Positions 56,449 to 64,000 of a stretch of DNA of 64,000 nucleotides are shown here, piece by piece. The stretch lies in the IMG/VR virus record IMGVR_UViG_3300021338_000003, positions 186,001-250,000 of that record; one strand, 5' to 3'. The stretch's first letter is position 1; each line of letters opens with the position of its first letter. The notes beneath the pieces were generated by a model that was not told the DNA's origin, did not search any database, and saw only the letters and a list, made by a program, of their open reading frames with translations. The position numbers were made by a program, and so were the translations under genes.

Positions 56449-58650
56449 ATGAACCACGCACCTTCGTCTGACGCCGGAATCGAAGAGGTTCAACCGATTT
56501 CAGTGGAAGAGCACAAGGTTCAATTTCCAAACGCCCTGTCTCAATTCGTCTTCACTCGAACTTACCCTCGCTGGAGAGAGGAAGACCAGCGCCGTGAGAC
56601 TTTCGAGGAATCGGTTGAGCGCTATGTGACGTTCATCAAGGAAGAAAGGCCCAAAGTTCCCGCCGAGGTTCTGACCGAAATCAAGAACGCCTTGTTGTCC
56701 ATGGAAGTGGCCCCGTCAATGCGCGCCTTCTGGAGTGCCGGACCGGCCGCCAAACGTGACAACACAATGTTCTACAATTGTTCTTTCATTCCCTTGGATT
56801 GCTTGCCCAGCTTTGGTGAGCTTCTATATGTTCTGATGATGGGCACTGGGGTTGGATACTCGGTTGAATCCAAATTCGTCAACAACCTCCCTACTGTGGC
56901 GAAGCCTATAGACGTTCCCCCTGAGTATATGGTGATACCAGATACCACCAAGGGATGGATGGATGCTCTCACCAAGGGTATGACTGCCTGGTACCAGGGC
57001 AGAGACATAACCTTCGACTTTTCGAAGATTCGCGAGGCTGGTGCCCGTCTCAAGACCAAGGGTGGTCGTGCCTCCGGTCCCCAACCACTCAAGAATCTCC
57101 TCAATTTCACCAAGAAGGTCATTCAGGGTGCCATCGGCCGGAAGCTCTTCACCGTCGAGTGCAACGATATTGCCTGCATGGTTGGCGAAATTGTTGTGGC
57201 ATCCGGTGTTCGCCGTTCTGCTCTTATCTCCTTCTCTGATCCGACCGACAACAAAATGCGGGATGCCAAGAAGTTCCCCATCTGCCAGGAATGCGGATTC
57301 GGATATGCCACGCATCTCTCCCAGGTCACTAATGAGATAGGCGTGGTTGTCACAGACCACGAGAAGGCCCACCTCATGGAGGAGCATGGAATGACCGAGG
57401 CCGAGTATCTGGAGAAACATCCGGATGCCTACCTTGGGTTTGGGATGCACCGGTTCCTAGCCAACAATTCAGCATTCTGGTCCGAAAAGCCGAGCCGGGA
57501 TATCTTCGATACTGAGTGGAAGGCCCTTCGTGATTCTGGGTCCGGCGAGCGTGGATTCTACTTCTTGCCCCCGGCCAAGGTAGCAGAGCGCGGTACCGCC
57601 GATATGAGGTCCAACCCATGTGGTGAAATTCTCCTCCGCTACGCCATGGCTACGAACCCCTGGACGGGTGAAGGCGGTGGTGGTCAATTCTGCAACCTCA
57701 GCGCGGCCATCATGCGCCCATGGGACACCGTCGACACCATGGCCAAGAAGGTATACATCGCCACCTGGATTGGGGCCATCCAGTCTACCTTCATTGATTT
57801 CCCACACCTTCGCCCGGCCTGGAGAAAGCACTGCGAAGAGGACCGCCTGCTTGGCGTGGATATCACTGGCCATTGCGATAACCCGGCTCTATCCACCGAC
57901 GAATTCGCCATGAAGGCCCTCAACACAATTGCCAACTCCACCGCCAGTATAGCCTCGGGTATCCTGGGAATCAACGAACCGAAGAGTGTTACCTGTGGAA
58001 AGCCCTCAGGTAACAGCAGCCAGTTGTTCGACTGCGCCTCTGGGTTCCATACCCGCTACGCTCCCTATTACATCCGACGCGTTCGGGTGTCGGCTACCGA
58101 CCCCCTGTTCCAGCTGATCCGGGACTCTGGTGTCCCCGTCCATAAGGACAACAAGTATCAGTCCTGGAACGACGCCGATTGCCCAACCTGGGTTGCTGAG
58201 TTCCCGGTCAAATCCCCGGAAGGTGCCATGACCCGGGACGACGAAGGAGCGATCGGTCAGCTCAACCGATACCTCCAGGTGATGAGAACCTGGATATCTA
58301 CCCGAGGGCACAACCAGTCTGCTACCGTCTACGTCCGTGACCATGAGTGGGATGAGGTTGGTGACTGGTTGTTCGAGAATTGGAACCACGTCACGGGTCT
58401 ATCCTTCCTACCCTATGATGGCGGAAAGTACAGTCTGGCTCCTTACGAGGCTATCACCAAAGAGCAGTACGAAGCCCTGGTCAAGGACTTCCCAGATGTG
58501 GACTACAACCTCCTCCAATTCTATGAGAAGGAAGACATGGGGCAAGGCAGTCAAGAGCTTGCCTGTGTCGGCGGGAGCTGCGAGGTCGATTGGTCAATCG
58601 GTGACGAACCTCCTCCCCTGGACGATATAGACGCTCTCGAAAGCAAGTAA
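56449..58650 (+). CDS. nrdJ: Class II (adenosylcobalamin) ribonucleotide reductase with 60-aa insertion
   Basis: TRTY, PSMR, YNCSF, GTGVGYS, GVRRSA, ANNS, SNPCGEI, FCNL, KPSGNSS, HNQS, C-terminal ACVGGSCE. Confidence 0.88.
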   Translation: MNHAPSSDAGIEEVQPISVEEHKVQFPNALSQFVFTRTYPRWREEDQRRETFEESVERYVTFIKEERPKVPAEVLTEIKNALLSMEVAPSMRAFWSAGPAAKRDNTMFYNCSFIPLDCLPSFGELLYVLMMGTGVGYSVESKFVNNLPTVAKPIDVPPEYMVIPDTTKGWMDALTKGMTAWYQGRDITFDFSKIREAGARLKTKGGRASGPQPLKNLLNFTKKVIQGAIGRKLFTVECNDIACMVGEIVVASGVRRSALISFSDPTDNKMRDAKKFPICQECGFGYATHLSQVTNEIGVVVTDHEKAHLMEEHGMTEAEYLEKHPDAYLGFGMHRFLANNSAFWSEKPSRDIFDTEWKALRDSGSGERGFYFLPPAKVAERGTADMRSNPCGEILLRYAMATNPWTGEGGGGQFCNLSAAIMRPWDTVDTMAKKVYIATWIGAIQSTFIDFPHLRPAWRKHCEEDRLLGVDITGHCDNPALSTDEFAMKALNTIANSTASIASGILGINEPKSVTCGKPSGNSSQLFDCASGFHTRYAPYYIRRVRVSATDPLFQLIRDSGVPVHKDNKYQSWNDADCPTWVAEFPVKSPEGAMTRDDEGAIGQLNRYLQVMRTWISTRGHNQSATVYVRDHEWDEVGDWLFENWNHVTGLSFLPYDGGKYSLAPYEAITKEQYEALVKDFPDVDYNLLQFYEKEDMGQGSQELACVGGSCEVDWSIGDEPPPLDDIDALESK

Positions 58651-58663
58651 TAACATCTTCCTG

Positions 58664-58705
58664 TGAGCCCCGCTGCCTTTTTCCGGTCTCAGGCAGCGGG
58701 GCTCA
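58664..58705. terminator. 15-bp inverted repeat between convergent genes
   Basis: tgagccccgctgcct...aggcagcggggctca. Confidence 0.75.
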
Positions 58706-58814
58706 TCTATACTCGGGTGGGAGGACACTCTCCATATAATCCAGTTGCTCCTTGGTAAGACCAAGAAGGCAAACTTTCATAGGCCCGCAGGGTGCTTCCC
58801 GAATACTGGGGGTA

Positions 58815-59390
58815 TCAGAGAGTGCCTGATACCGCCTTCAAGAAGTGAACATGGGCCTTGATGACCTTCCGAGCAGCGACGACCGCAAGCCTCTCACTAT
58901 CATAGATAGAGCGGCAAGAAGTCCGTTTCCAGTTATCGAGGGTCTGGTCTGTAATCCCATCGGACAGAAGCCAGGGCCATTCAGTCAAATTCTGCCCGGA
59001 GAGAGGAACCAGAGAAAGGCCATAATTCCAACCCTCTTGGACCTGGGCAACAAGGTCACCCTTCCATGTCCCATCCCAATACCAGCCGTCGCCCTTCATG
59101 TCGCGACGAAGACCAGCTTGTTCGGCCAGCGATGTGACCGACATGGGGGAGTATTCTGAATCAGCCTTGTTCTTGGACAACTTTCCGTTGACCTTTCGGC
59201 GGAAACGCCCCACTACTTCCATATCAGAGCCCTGAACCTCGGTGATCTCCCACCACTGAAGCACAGGAAACGTGAGAGACATCCCTTCTAGGGCGTCGAA
59301 AGCGTCCTCGAATTCATCCCAGATGCCTCGAACCTCCTCGTGGTCCTCCATATCCGAGTACAAACGACTGACCATGAACACTGACTTCAC
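58815..59390 (-). CDS. Hypothetical protein
   Basis: AAGGAGGTGA SD, GTG start, downstream of minus-strand promoter. Confidence 0.7.
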   Translation of the reverse strand: MKSVFMVSRLYSDMEDHEEVRGIWDEFEDAFDALEGMSLTFPVLQWWEITEVQGSDMEVVGRFRRKVNGKLSKNKADSEYSPMSVTSLAEQAGLRRDMKGDGWYWDGTWKGDLVAQVQEGWNYGLSLVPLSGQNLTEWPWLLSDGITDQTLDNWKRTSCRSIYDSERLAVVAARKVIKAHVHFLKAVSGTL

Positions 59391-59407
59391 GTTTCACCTC
59401 CTTCCCG

Positions 59408-59436
59408 ATTGTAGCACGGCATAGAGGATCGCGCAA
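59408..59436 (-). promoter_or_regulatory. Sigma70-type promoter, minus-strand copy
   Basis: Reverse complement reads TTGCGC-17 nt (ending TGCCGTGC)-TACAAT. Confidence 0.75.
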
Positions 59437-59445
59437 GGATCGCAC

Positions 59446-59474
59446 TTGCCACCTTTAACGTGCCATGTTATAAT
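59446..59474 (+). promoter_or_regulatory. Sigma70-type promoter copy
   Basis: TTGCCA-17 nt (ending TGCCATGT)-TATAAT. Confidence 0.85.
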
Positions 59475-59497
59475 ACTGGTATAGGAGGCAATCCAAA

Positions 59498-59989
59498 ATG
59501 TACAACACCGTCATCACCAAGCCCGTCGTCAACCTCGTCGATGACGTCACCAGGGAGCGGGCCGTCGAGGCCATCAAGGACGTCGAGCAGACCGCCCAGG
59601 GTGTGGCCGAGCTGGAGCGGATCGGGTGGGATGGGGATATGGACATGATGCGACGGGCGGTAGTCGACATGCAGCACAAGGCGGCCAAGGCCCGTTTCAG
59701 CGTGGTCGAGGCCACCTACAACCACTGGCTGGCCAACAAGTCCGAGAAGTGGCACATCGAGGTCGCCGAGACCGTCGCCGCCATGACCGGCGACTGCAGC
59801 GTGTGGAACAAGCACGGATACGTCCGCCTCTACGCCAAGGGCAAGAGCCTCGGGGACGTCATGTGCATCCTCGGGAGCTTCGGACGGCGGAGTCTCACCC
59901 TGGCGGCCAAGGGACACAACTGGGGTCCCCATCGCCGCTTGATGAACTGGTTGCGGTGGACGGCGTTCTGTGCCGAAATGGGGGTCTAG
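59498..59989 (+). CDS. Hypothetical early protein
   Basis: AGGAGG SD right after promoter. Confidence 0.7.
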   Translation: MYNTVITKPVVNLVDDVTRERAVEAIKDVEQTAQGVAELERIGWDGDMDMMRRAVVDMQHKAAKARFSVVEATYNHWLANKSEKWHIEVAETVAAMTGDCSVWNKHGYVRLYAKGKSLGDVMCILGSFGRRSLTLAAKGHNWGPHRRLMNWLRWTAFCAEMGV

Positions 59990-59999
59990 GATCGCGGTA

Positions 60000-60028
60000 T
60001 TGCGGACTCCCTTGTGCCATGTTATAAT
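60000..60028 (+). promoter_or_regulatory. Sigma70-type promoter copy
   Basis: TTGCGG-17 nt (ending TGCCATGT)-TATAAT. Confidence 0.85.
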
Positions 60029-60047
60029 GGTTATACAAGGAGGCAAC

Positions 60048-60488
60048 ATGAAGACTATGAACCGCGATGGCTGGCCCCTCTGGGAGTTGACGTACAGCGT
60101 GGATGGGGCTGAGGACATCACTCGCTTCTTCCGGCCCACGGGCGATGACGCAGCAGAGTTCGCCGCCGAACACGTGGCCGAGCTGGCCACCTATGCTGGC
60201 GATGTCGTCAGGATCGTCAGCCTCCGCCAGGCCGACAAGGAGGGCACCGTCGAAGTGTGGTTCGACGGTTACAGCCATCGCCGGACCATGAAGATGAAGT
60301 CCCCCACCGGCCGGACCCTCACCTTGGACTGTCACGGCCGGTGGGGCGAAATGTCTGAATCTATGACAGAGTTCGTCATGTGGTTCAACACTCTGAACTC
60401 CGACCAGTATAAGTGGCGCACCTGGTCTAAGAAAGTCATCCCTTACACTCTGATGGCCGAGTTCAAGAAGCTCGTCGAGTCCAAGTGA
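60048..60488 (+). CDS. Hypothetical early protein
   Basis: AAGGAGG SD, ATG 60048. Confidence 0.7.
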   Translation: MKTMNRDGWPLWELTYSVDGAEDITRFFRPTGDDAAEFAAEHVAELATYAGDVVRIVSLRQADKEGTVEVWFDGYSHRRTMKMKSPTGRTLTLDCHGRWGEMSESMTEFVMWFNTLNSDQYKWRTWSKKVIPYTLMAEFKKLVESK

Positions 60489-60518
60489 CTTGAGAAACAC
60501 CCAATCTGAGGAGGACCA

Positions 60519-60740
60519 ATGGTCTTTGGTTACGTGATTTGGCATCCAGAGGCAAAGATGCTCATCGTCGAGGACTTGCCATCTGGCGGCTACCCTTGTA
60601 CTTCAAGCACGCTGGTGACCAACAGTGACGTGCGTCTCGTTTGCCGTTCCACAAAGGAAAAAGCGGAGGAATACGCCGAGACACTCCCCAGTCACATGGG
60701 CGATGGTTGGGTCGCCAAAGCTGTTGGACTCATCGAATAG
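60519..60740 (+). CDS. Hypothetical small protein
   Basis: GAGGAGG SD. Confidence 0.65.
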   Translation: MVFGYVIWHPEAKMLIVEDLPSGGYPCTSSTLVTNSDVRLVCRSTKEKAEEYAETLPSHMGDGWVAKAVGLIE

Positions 60741-60763
60741 CACCCGCACCCAAAGGAGAGAGT

Positions 60764-61156
60764 ATGTTCGATTCGATCAAGAAGATCAAGGACAAGAAGT
60801 CCAGGAAGATGCTGGAATACCTTTCGTACGGGTTCGAAGGGGAAGGAGAACGTCTGTTCGACTTCCTGGTTCACCTGGCCCACGTCGTTGGGGAGGGCGG
60901 AAACATCACCAGCCATGGCTACACCACCACGGTTCAACCCAGCCATGGGGAGTGGGAAGCAACCCTCGTTGTGGTTGGGAGGCAGGACGGGAAGTTCTCT
61001 GCAGTCCTGATTTGGGCAACCATCTGTGGAAAGGCAGAGGTGGTCCTCGATGGGATGTTTGGTCCTGACCGAGGGTCATCCCTGGCTGACGCCGTCATCA
61101 AGGCGGTGCGGGACCACACCACCAAGATCGGCTGGCATACGCCGGTGGACTTCTAG
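60764..61156 (+). CDS. Hypothetical protein
   Basis: AAGGAG SD, ATG 60764. Confidence 0.65.
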   Translation: MFDSIKKIKDKKSRKMLEYLSYGFEGEGERLFDFLVHLAHVVGEGGNITSHGYTTTVQPSHGEWEATLVVVGRQDGKFSAVLIWATICGKAEVVLDGMFGPDRGSSLADAVIKAVRDHTTKIGWHTPVDF

Positions 61157-61169
61157 ACGATCCTCATAC

Positions 61170-61198
61170 TTGCGCCTCCTTGCATGCCATGTTATAAT
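61170..61198 (+). promoter_or_regulatory. Sigma70-type promoter copy
   Basis: TTGCGC-17 nt (ending TGCCATGT)-TATAAT. Confidence 0.85.
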
Positions 61199-61218
61199 GG
61201 GTATACAAGGAGGTAGCA

Positions 61219-61551
61219 ATGATCGACAGCATTCCCGGATACGACAAGTGGAAGACCAGTGGCCCGCCCGAGAACCCCATGGTCGATATCCTGAAGGTTT
61301 ACGTAGAGTTCGACCCGACCGACGACCTCCACCCCTTCACAATGCACCTCACCCACGAGCAGGTTCGGGTTCTGAACGAATATGAGGAAGAGGTGGTGTC
61401 GTCCAAGGAACACTCGGAGCCCCTCCCGAGCTTCCCCAACGACCCTGCGGAGGCTCTGTCTGACCTCCGCGAGGTAGTGGACGGCATGAGCCACTGTTGG
61501 CTGGAGTACGACGAATACGACTCCGTAAATTTCACCTGGGGGCTGGCATGA
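61219..61551 (+). CDS. Acidic hypothetical early protein
   Basis: AAGGAGGT SD. Confidence 0.7.
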   Translation: MIDSIPGYDKWKTSGPPENPMVDILKVYVEFDPTDDLHPFTMHLTHEQVRVLNEYEEEVVSSKEHSEPLPSFPNDPAEALSDLREVVDGMSHCWLEYDEYDSVNFTWGLA

Positions 61552-61919
61552 AGGTCGTTCTGTGGCTGGATGATATGAGGGACCCCAAGTCCTACGCCTA
61601 CAAGGACCTGCTGGACACCTTCTGTCCAGGTCGCGAAAAGGTGGTCTGGGCAAAGGATGCGTTTGCCTTCAAGGAGGAGTACCTTCAGGTATTCGAAGAC
61701 CCCGACTCCCAGTTGGTTGGGGTCTTCTTTGACAACGACCTTGGGACCCCCGGAGGGGCGGACGGCCGCCATGTGTTCACCTGGATGGAACGGCACGTTC
61801 GAGAGAACAACATCCCCGAGTTTGAGTTGTACGCCCAGACCTCGAACCCCGCTGCCAAACGCGAGTTGAACGGTGGGTTCGCGTCCTTGCGGAGGTTCTG
61901 GGCAGGCATGGAGGACTAG
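61548..61919 (+). CDS. Stand-alone receiver-like domain (cyclic-phosphate-processing REC type)
   Basis: LWLDDMRDP, VFFDNDLG, DGRHVFTWM, AQTSNPAA. Confidence 0.7.
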   Translation: MKVVLWLDDMRDPKSYAYKDLLDTFCPGREKVVWAKDAFAFKEEYLQVFEDPDSQLVGVFFDNDLGTPGGADGRHVFTWMERHVRENNIPEFELYAQTSNPAAKRELNGGFASLRRFWAGMED

Positions 61920-61962
61920 GATTCCTAAACAGATTCAGGACATAGCCAGGAGGGCTAGAAAA

Positions 61963-62301
61963 ATGAGCAAGATGAATGGCTTTGGGGTAGCATTTGAGTC
62001 CGAAGGCGACTTCTACGGTATGGAGGGGGCCATCCAGGAGATGCAAAGTGCCACTTGCGGTGCTATCTTCGATGGGCGCGGGGAACTCATAGTCGTTACA
62101 AACGACGAGCGATGCAGCCTAGAAGACTTCATCTCGGAATACGGCAGGATGTATGGCGAGAGCTATGCCCCCAGCAAAAAAGAAGTGGTGAAGACACATA
62201 ACGTGACCGGAGACGTCACTGCCACGAGCAAGATGGATGAAATTGTGGCGAAGTACAAGAACGAAATCACGGCGGCGGGGGACATTCGTTTGAAGGACTA
62301 G
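61963..62301 (+). CDS. Hypothetical protein with leader motif at its C-terminus
   Basis: AGGAGG SD; ends VTATSKMDEIVAKYKNEITAAGDIRLKD. Confidence 0.65.
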   Translation: MSKMNGFGVAFESEGDFYGMEGAIQEMQSATCGAIFDGRGELIVVTNDERCSLEDFISEYGRMYGESYAPSKKEVVKTHNVTGDVTATSKMDEIVAKYKNEITAAGDIRLKD

Positions 62302-63323
62302 ACCAGCCCTCGGGCAATATCAACGGCTCGGTTGGCCTTCTCTTCATCGAATCCGACCCTCTCCTGCAGCCACCTTCCGAGGCCAGTGAGAGGGTCATTT
62401 GTCTCAATCTTCTGTACCTCAGCCTTCGGCATCTTTCGGGGCGTGCTCCGCACGAGGTCACCTCGCCAGGACCTCATGGCCTCGATGTTGGAGGTCTTCA
62501 AGTGCACCCAAGAATCCGTCTCGACCTGCTCCAGGTCCTTCGGGTCGTCAGTCTCCAGGGCTACAAGCTTCTTGACCTTAGGATGATTGTTCTTAATGAG
62601 CTTCGGCCTGGTAGGGTGGTCGAGGTCCACCAGCAGGACTCCCTTGTTCGGAAGCTCCGAGAACTTGTGCTGGGCTGGAGACCCCGGATACCAGGCGTTC
62701 TTGAGGCCAGACAGGGGCTGACGCTTGTGAATATCCCCCATGGCCCAGTATGTCACCCGGTCATTCTTCTTGATGCGGACACCCTTCCGAGCCTTCCACC
62801 CCGAGTCATCAGTAACCCCAGCCACCATCTCATGACCGACAACCACGACGGGGTTATCACCCTCCACTTTGCGAATCAGACGATCGACCATCCGGCCATA
62901 CCCGGTATCATCCTCGGTGCAAGGTACCAGAACGAACGTGCATCGGGGCATGTGGAGGATGCGGGGCTTGGTCTCCGTGAAGAAGACATGCGGCAACCTC
63001 TTGTCCCTTTGGAGGATGGCAAGGTTGTGGAGGTTGGTATACCCGGATTCCAGTTCGTCGTGATTCCCCGGAATGATGACAATCGGGCGCTCGTCATACT
63101 TGAGCAGAGCCTCAAGGAAAATGTCCCTCACCTTGGGGTGGGGGTCCTTGTGGTCATATATGTCACCAGCAATCACTACATAATCGACATTCTTCTTCCG
63201 GGCCGTAGTGAAGATGAACTCCAGTATACCCTTGTACCGGTCAAGCTTCCACTGAAAGGGGACATCCAATCGGCGAAGTGCTCCCAGGTGAATATCTGCA
63301 GTGTGAAGCAATCGAACGCCCAT
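62298..63323 (-). CDS. SbcD/Mre11-like (T4 gp47-like) metallophosphoesterase nuclease
   Basis: HTADIHLG, AGDIYD, PGNHD, GHE, GDIH, YPGSP; ATG 63323 after GAGG. Confidence 0.85.
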   Translation of the reverse strand: MGVRLLHTADIHLGALRRLDVPFQWKLDRYKGILEFIFTTARKKNVDYVVIAGDIYDHKDPHPKVRDIFLEALLKYDERPIVIIPGNHDELESGYTNLHNLAILQRDKRLPHVFFTETKPRILHMPRCTFVLVPCTEDDTGYGRMVDRLIRKVEGDNPVVVVGHEMVAGVTDDSGWKARKGVRIKKNDRVTYWAMGDIHKRQPLSGLKNAWYPGSPAQHKFSELPNKGVLLVDLDHPTRPKLIKNNHPKVKKLVALETDDPKDLEQVETDSWVHLKTSNIEAMRSWRGDLVRSTPRKMPKAEVQKIETNDPLTGLGRWLQERVGFDEEKANRAVDIARGLV

Positions 63324-63628
63324 CAGACCTTCCTCTTTTTCTTTCGCCGCCATATCTGATATTCACGGGCGGTCATTTCTGGAACAGGACGAATTGCTTC
63401 TGGCTCGGCCATGCACTGATTTTTGTGCCTCTCTGGAGGGACATAGACAGTATGGGTACCAAGGCACTCCTCTCCCTCGTGCATGTGAATGTCAAACACG
63501 TTGTCGAGGTCCGGAGTGGGAGACGCTCCAAGTTCTTTCTCCCTCTTACCCTCCTCGACTGCTCTGGCCTCAGGAAAGGTCTTCACCATCTTGTTACAGT
63601 GCGGGCACAGGTGTCTAGCCACGGTCAT
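63323..63628 (-). CDS. Small Zn-binding protein
   Basis: CPHC..H...EC..TH; start uncertain. Confidence 0.5.
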   Translation of the reverse strand: MTVARHLCPHCNKMVKTFPEARAVEEGKREKELGASPTPDLDNVFDIHMHEGEECLGTHTVYVPPERHKNQCMAEPEAIRPVPEMTAREYQIWRRKKKRKV

Positions 63629-63998
63629 CCTCCGACAATCCTTTCGACCGGTCCCGACCCACATCCTCTTGAGACTTCCTAGTAGGAAGGGCAACAACTC
63701 CATCCTTATTAGAGGAGCCTCGAATTACAGACAGCACTGGCTCCAAGTGATGCGCCTGGGCTAGAACACGCGTCCCCTGTTCCAAGTCACTATACTCCGT
63801 GACGTCCATACCCAAAGCTTCAGCCACCATAGTTAGTGTACTCCCGGATTCCCGACGGGCTGACACCAGGGCCTCAATATGTAGAGTGTTGCGCCCCCGC
63901 ACCTTGACCGTTGGAAACACTCCCCGAGCTTCGAAGAAGTTAATTCGGTCAATCCAGATGCCCAAGCGAGTGGCTTGACCTCTGGGAACCGTAACCAT
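63615..63998 (-). CDS. XRE-family HTH protein (may extend beyond window)
   Basis: LVSARRESGSTLTMVAEALGMDVTEYSDLEQG. Confidence 0.65.
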   Translation of the reverse strand: MVTVPRGQATRLGIWIDRINFFEARGVFPTVKVRGRNTLHIEALVSARRESGSTLTMVAEALGMDVTEYSDLEQGTRVLAQAHHLEPVLSVIRGSSNKDGVVALPTRKSQEDVGRDRSKGLSEDDRG

Positions 63999-64000
63999 CA

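Noticed and set aside
57271-57450. RNR insertion as a third intein or intron
   Set aside because: No Cys/Ser-start with HN-end, no frame break, too short.
1-64000. Stop-codon reassignment, tRNA/rRNA genes, reverse transcriptase/DGR, integrase or transposase
   Set aside because: Long genes are intact under code 11 and end in TAA, TAG and TGA; no cloverleaf, RT, integrase or transposase motifs were recognised by eye.
1-64000. Eukaryotic giant-virus origin suggested by GH46, SNF2 and herpes-like sites
   Set aside because: Shine-Dalgarno sites, sigma70 promoters, Rho-independent terminators, coupled operons, portal and DnaG-type primase indicate a bacteriophage.

Overview
A 64 kb segment of a large tailed dsDNA phage genome (jumbo-phage-like organisation). 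It uses the standard genetic code, is densely coding and has bacterial Shine-Dalgarno sites. It holds a morphogenesis core (tape-measure-like gene, terminase large subunit with two inteins, portal, prohead protease, scaffold, decoration protein, major capsid protein, neck-like proteins). Replication and recombination genes include a SNF2 ATPase, RuvC-like resolvase, DnaG-like primase, PD-(D/E)XK exonuclease, class II RNR and SbcD/Mre11-like nuclease. A GH46 chitosanase-fold lysin candidate, two sigma-like proteins and many small accessory genes are also present, several behind copies of one conserved sigma70-type promoter. The head-gene sequences and order resemble my recollection of RSL1/Lu11/PaBG-like jumbo phages, which I could not verify. 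The most striking unexplained pattern is a short peptide (MS[I/K]x[E/D/K]V[I/V][A/E]KYx(1-3)[V/I/T]xA|[S/A]) shared by at least 6-7 otherwise unrelated proteins scattered over 42 kb. It ends in a herpesvirus-assemblin-like A|S site that also recurs in the capsid, scaffold, portal and protease. I interpret this as a candidate capsid-addressing and maturation-cleavage tag for a set of packaged cargo proteins (inference). No tRNA, rRNA or CRISPR array was recognised. All family assignments are by visual motif recognition; no database search was run.
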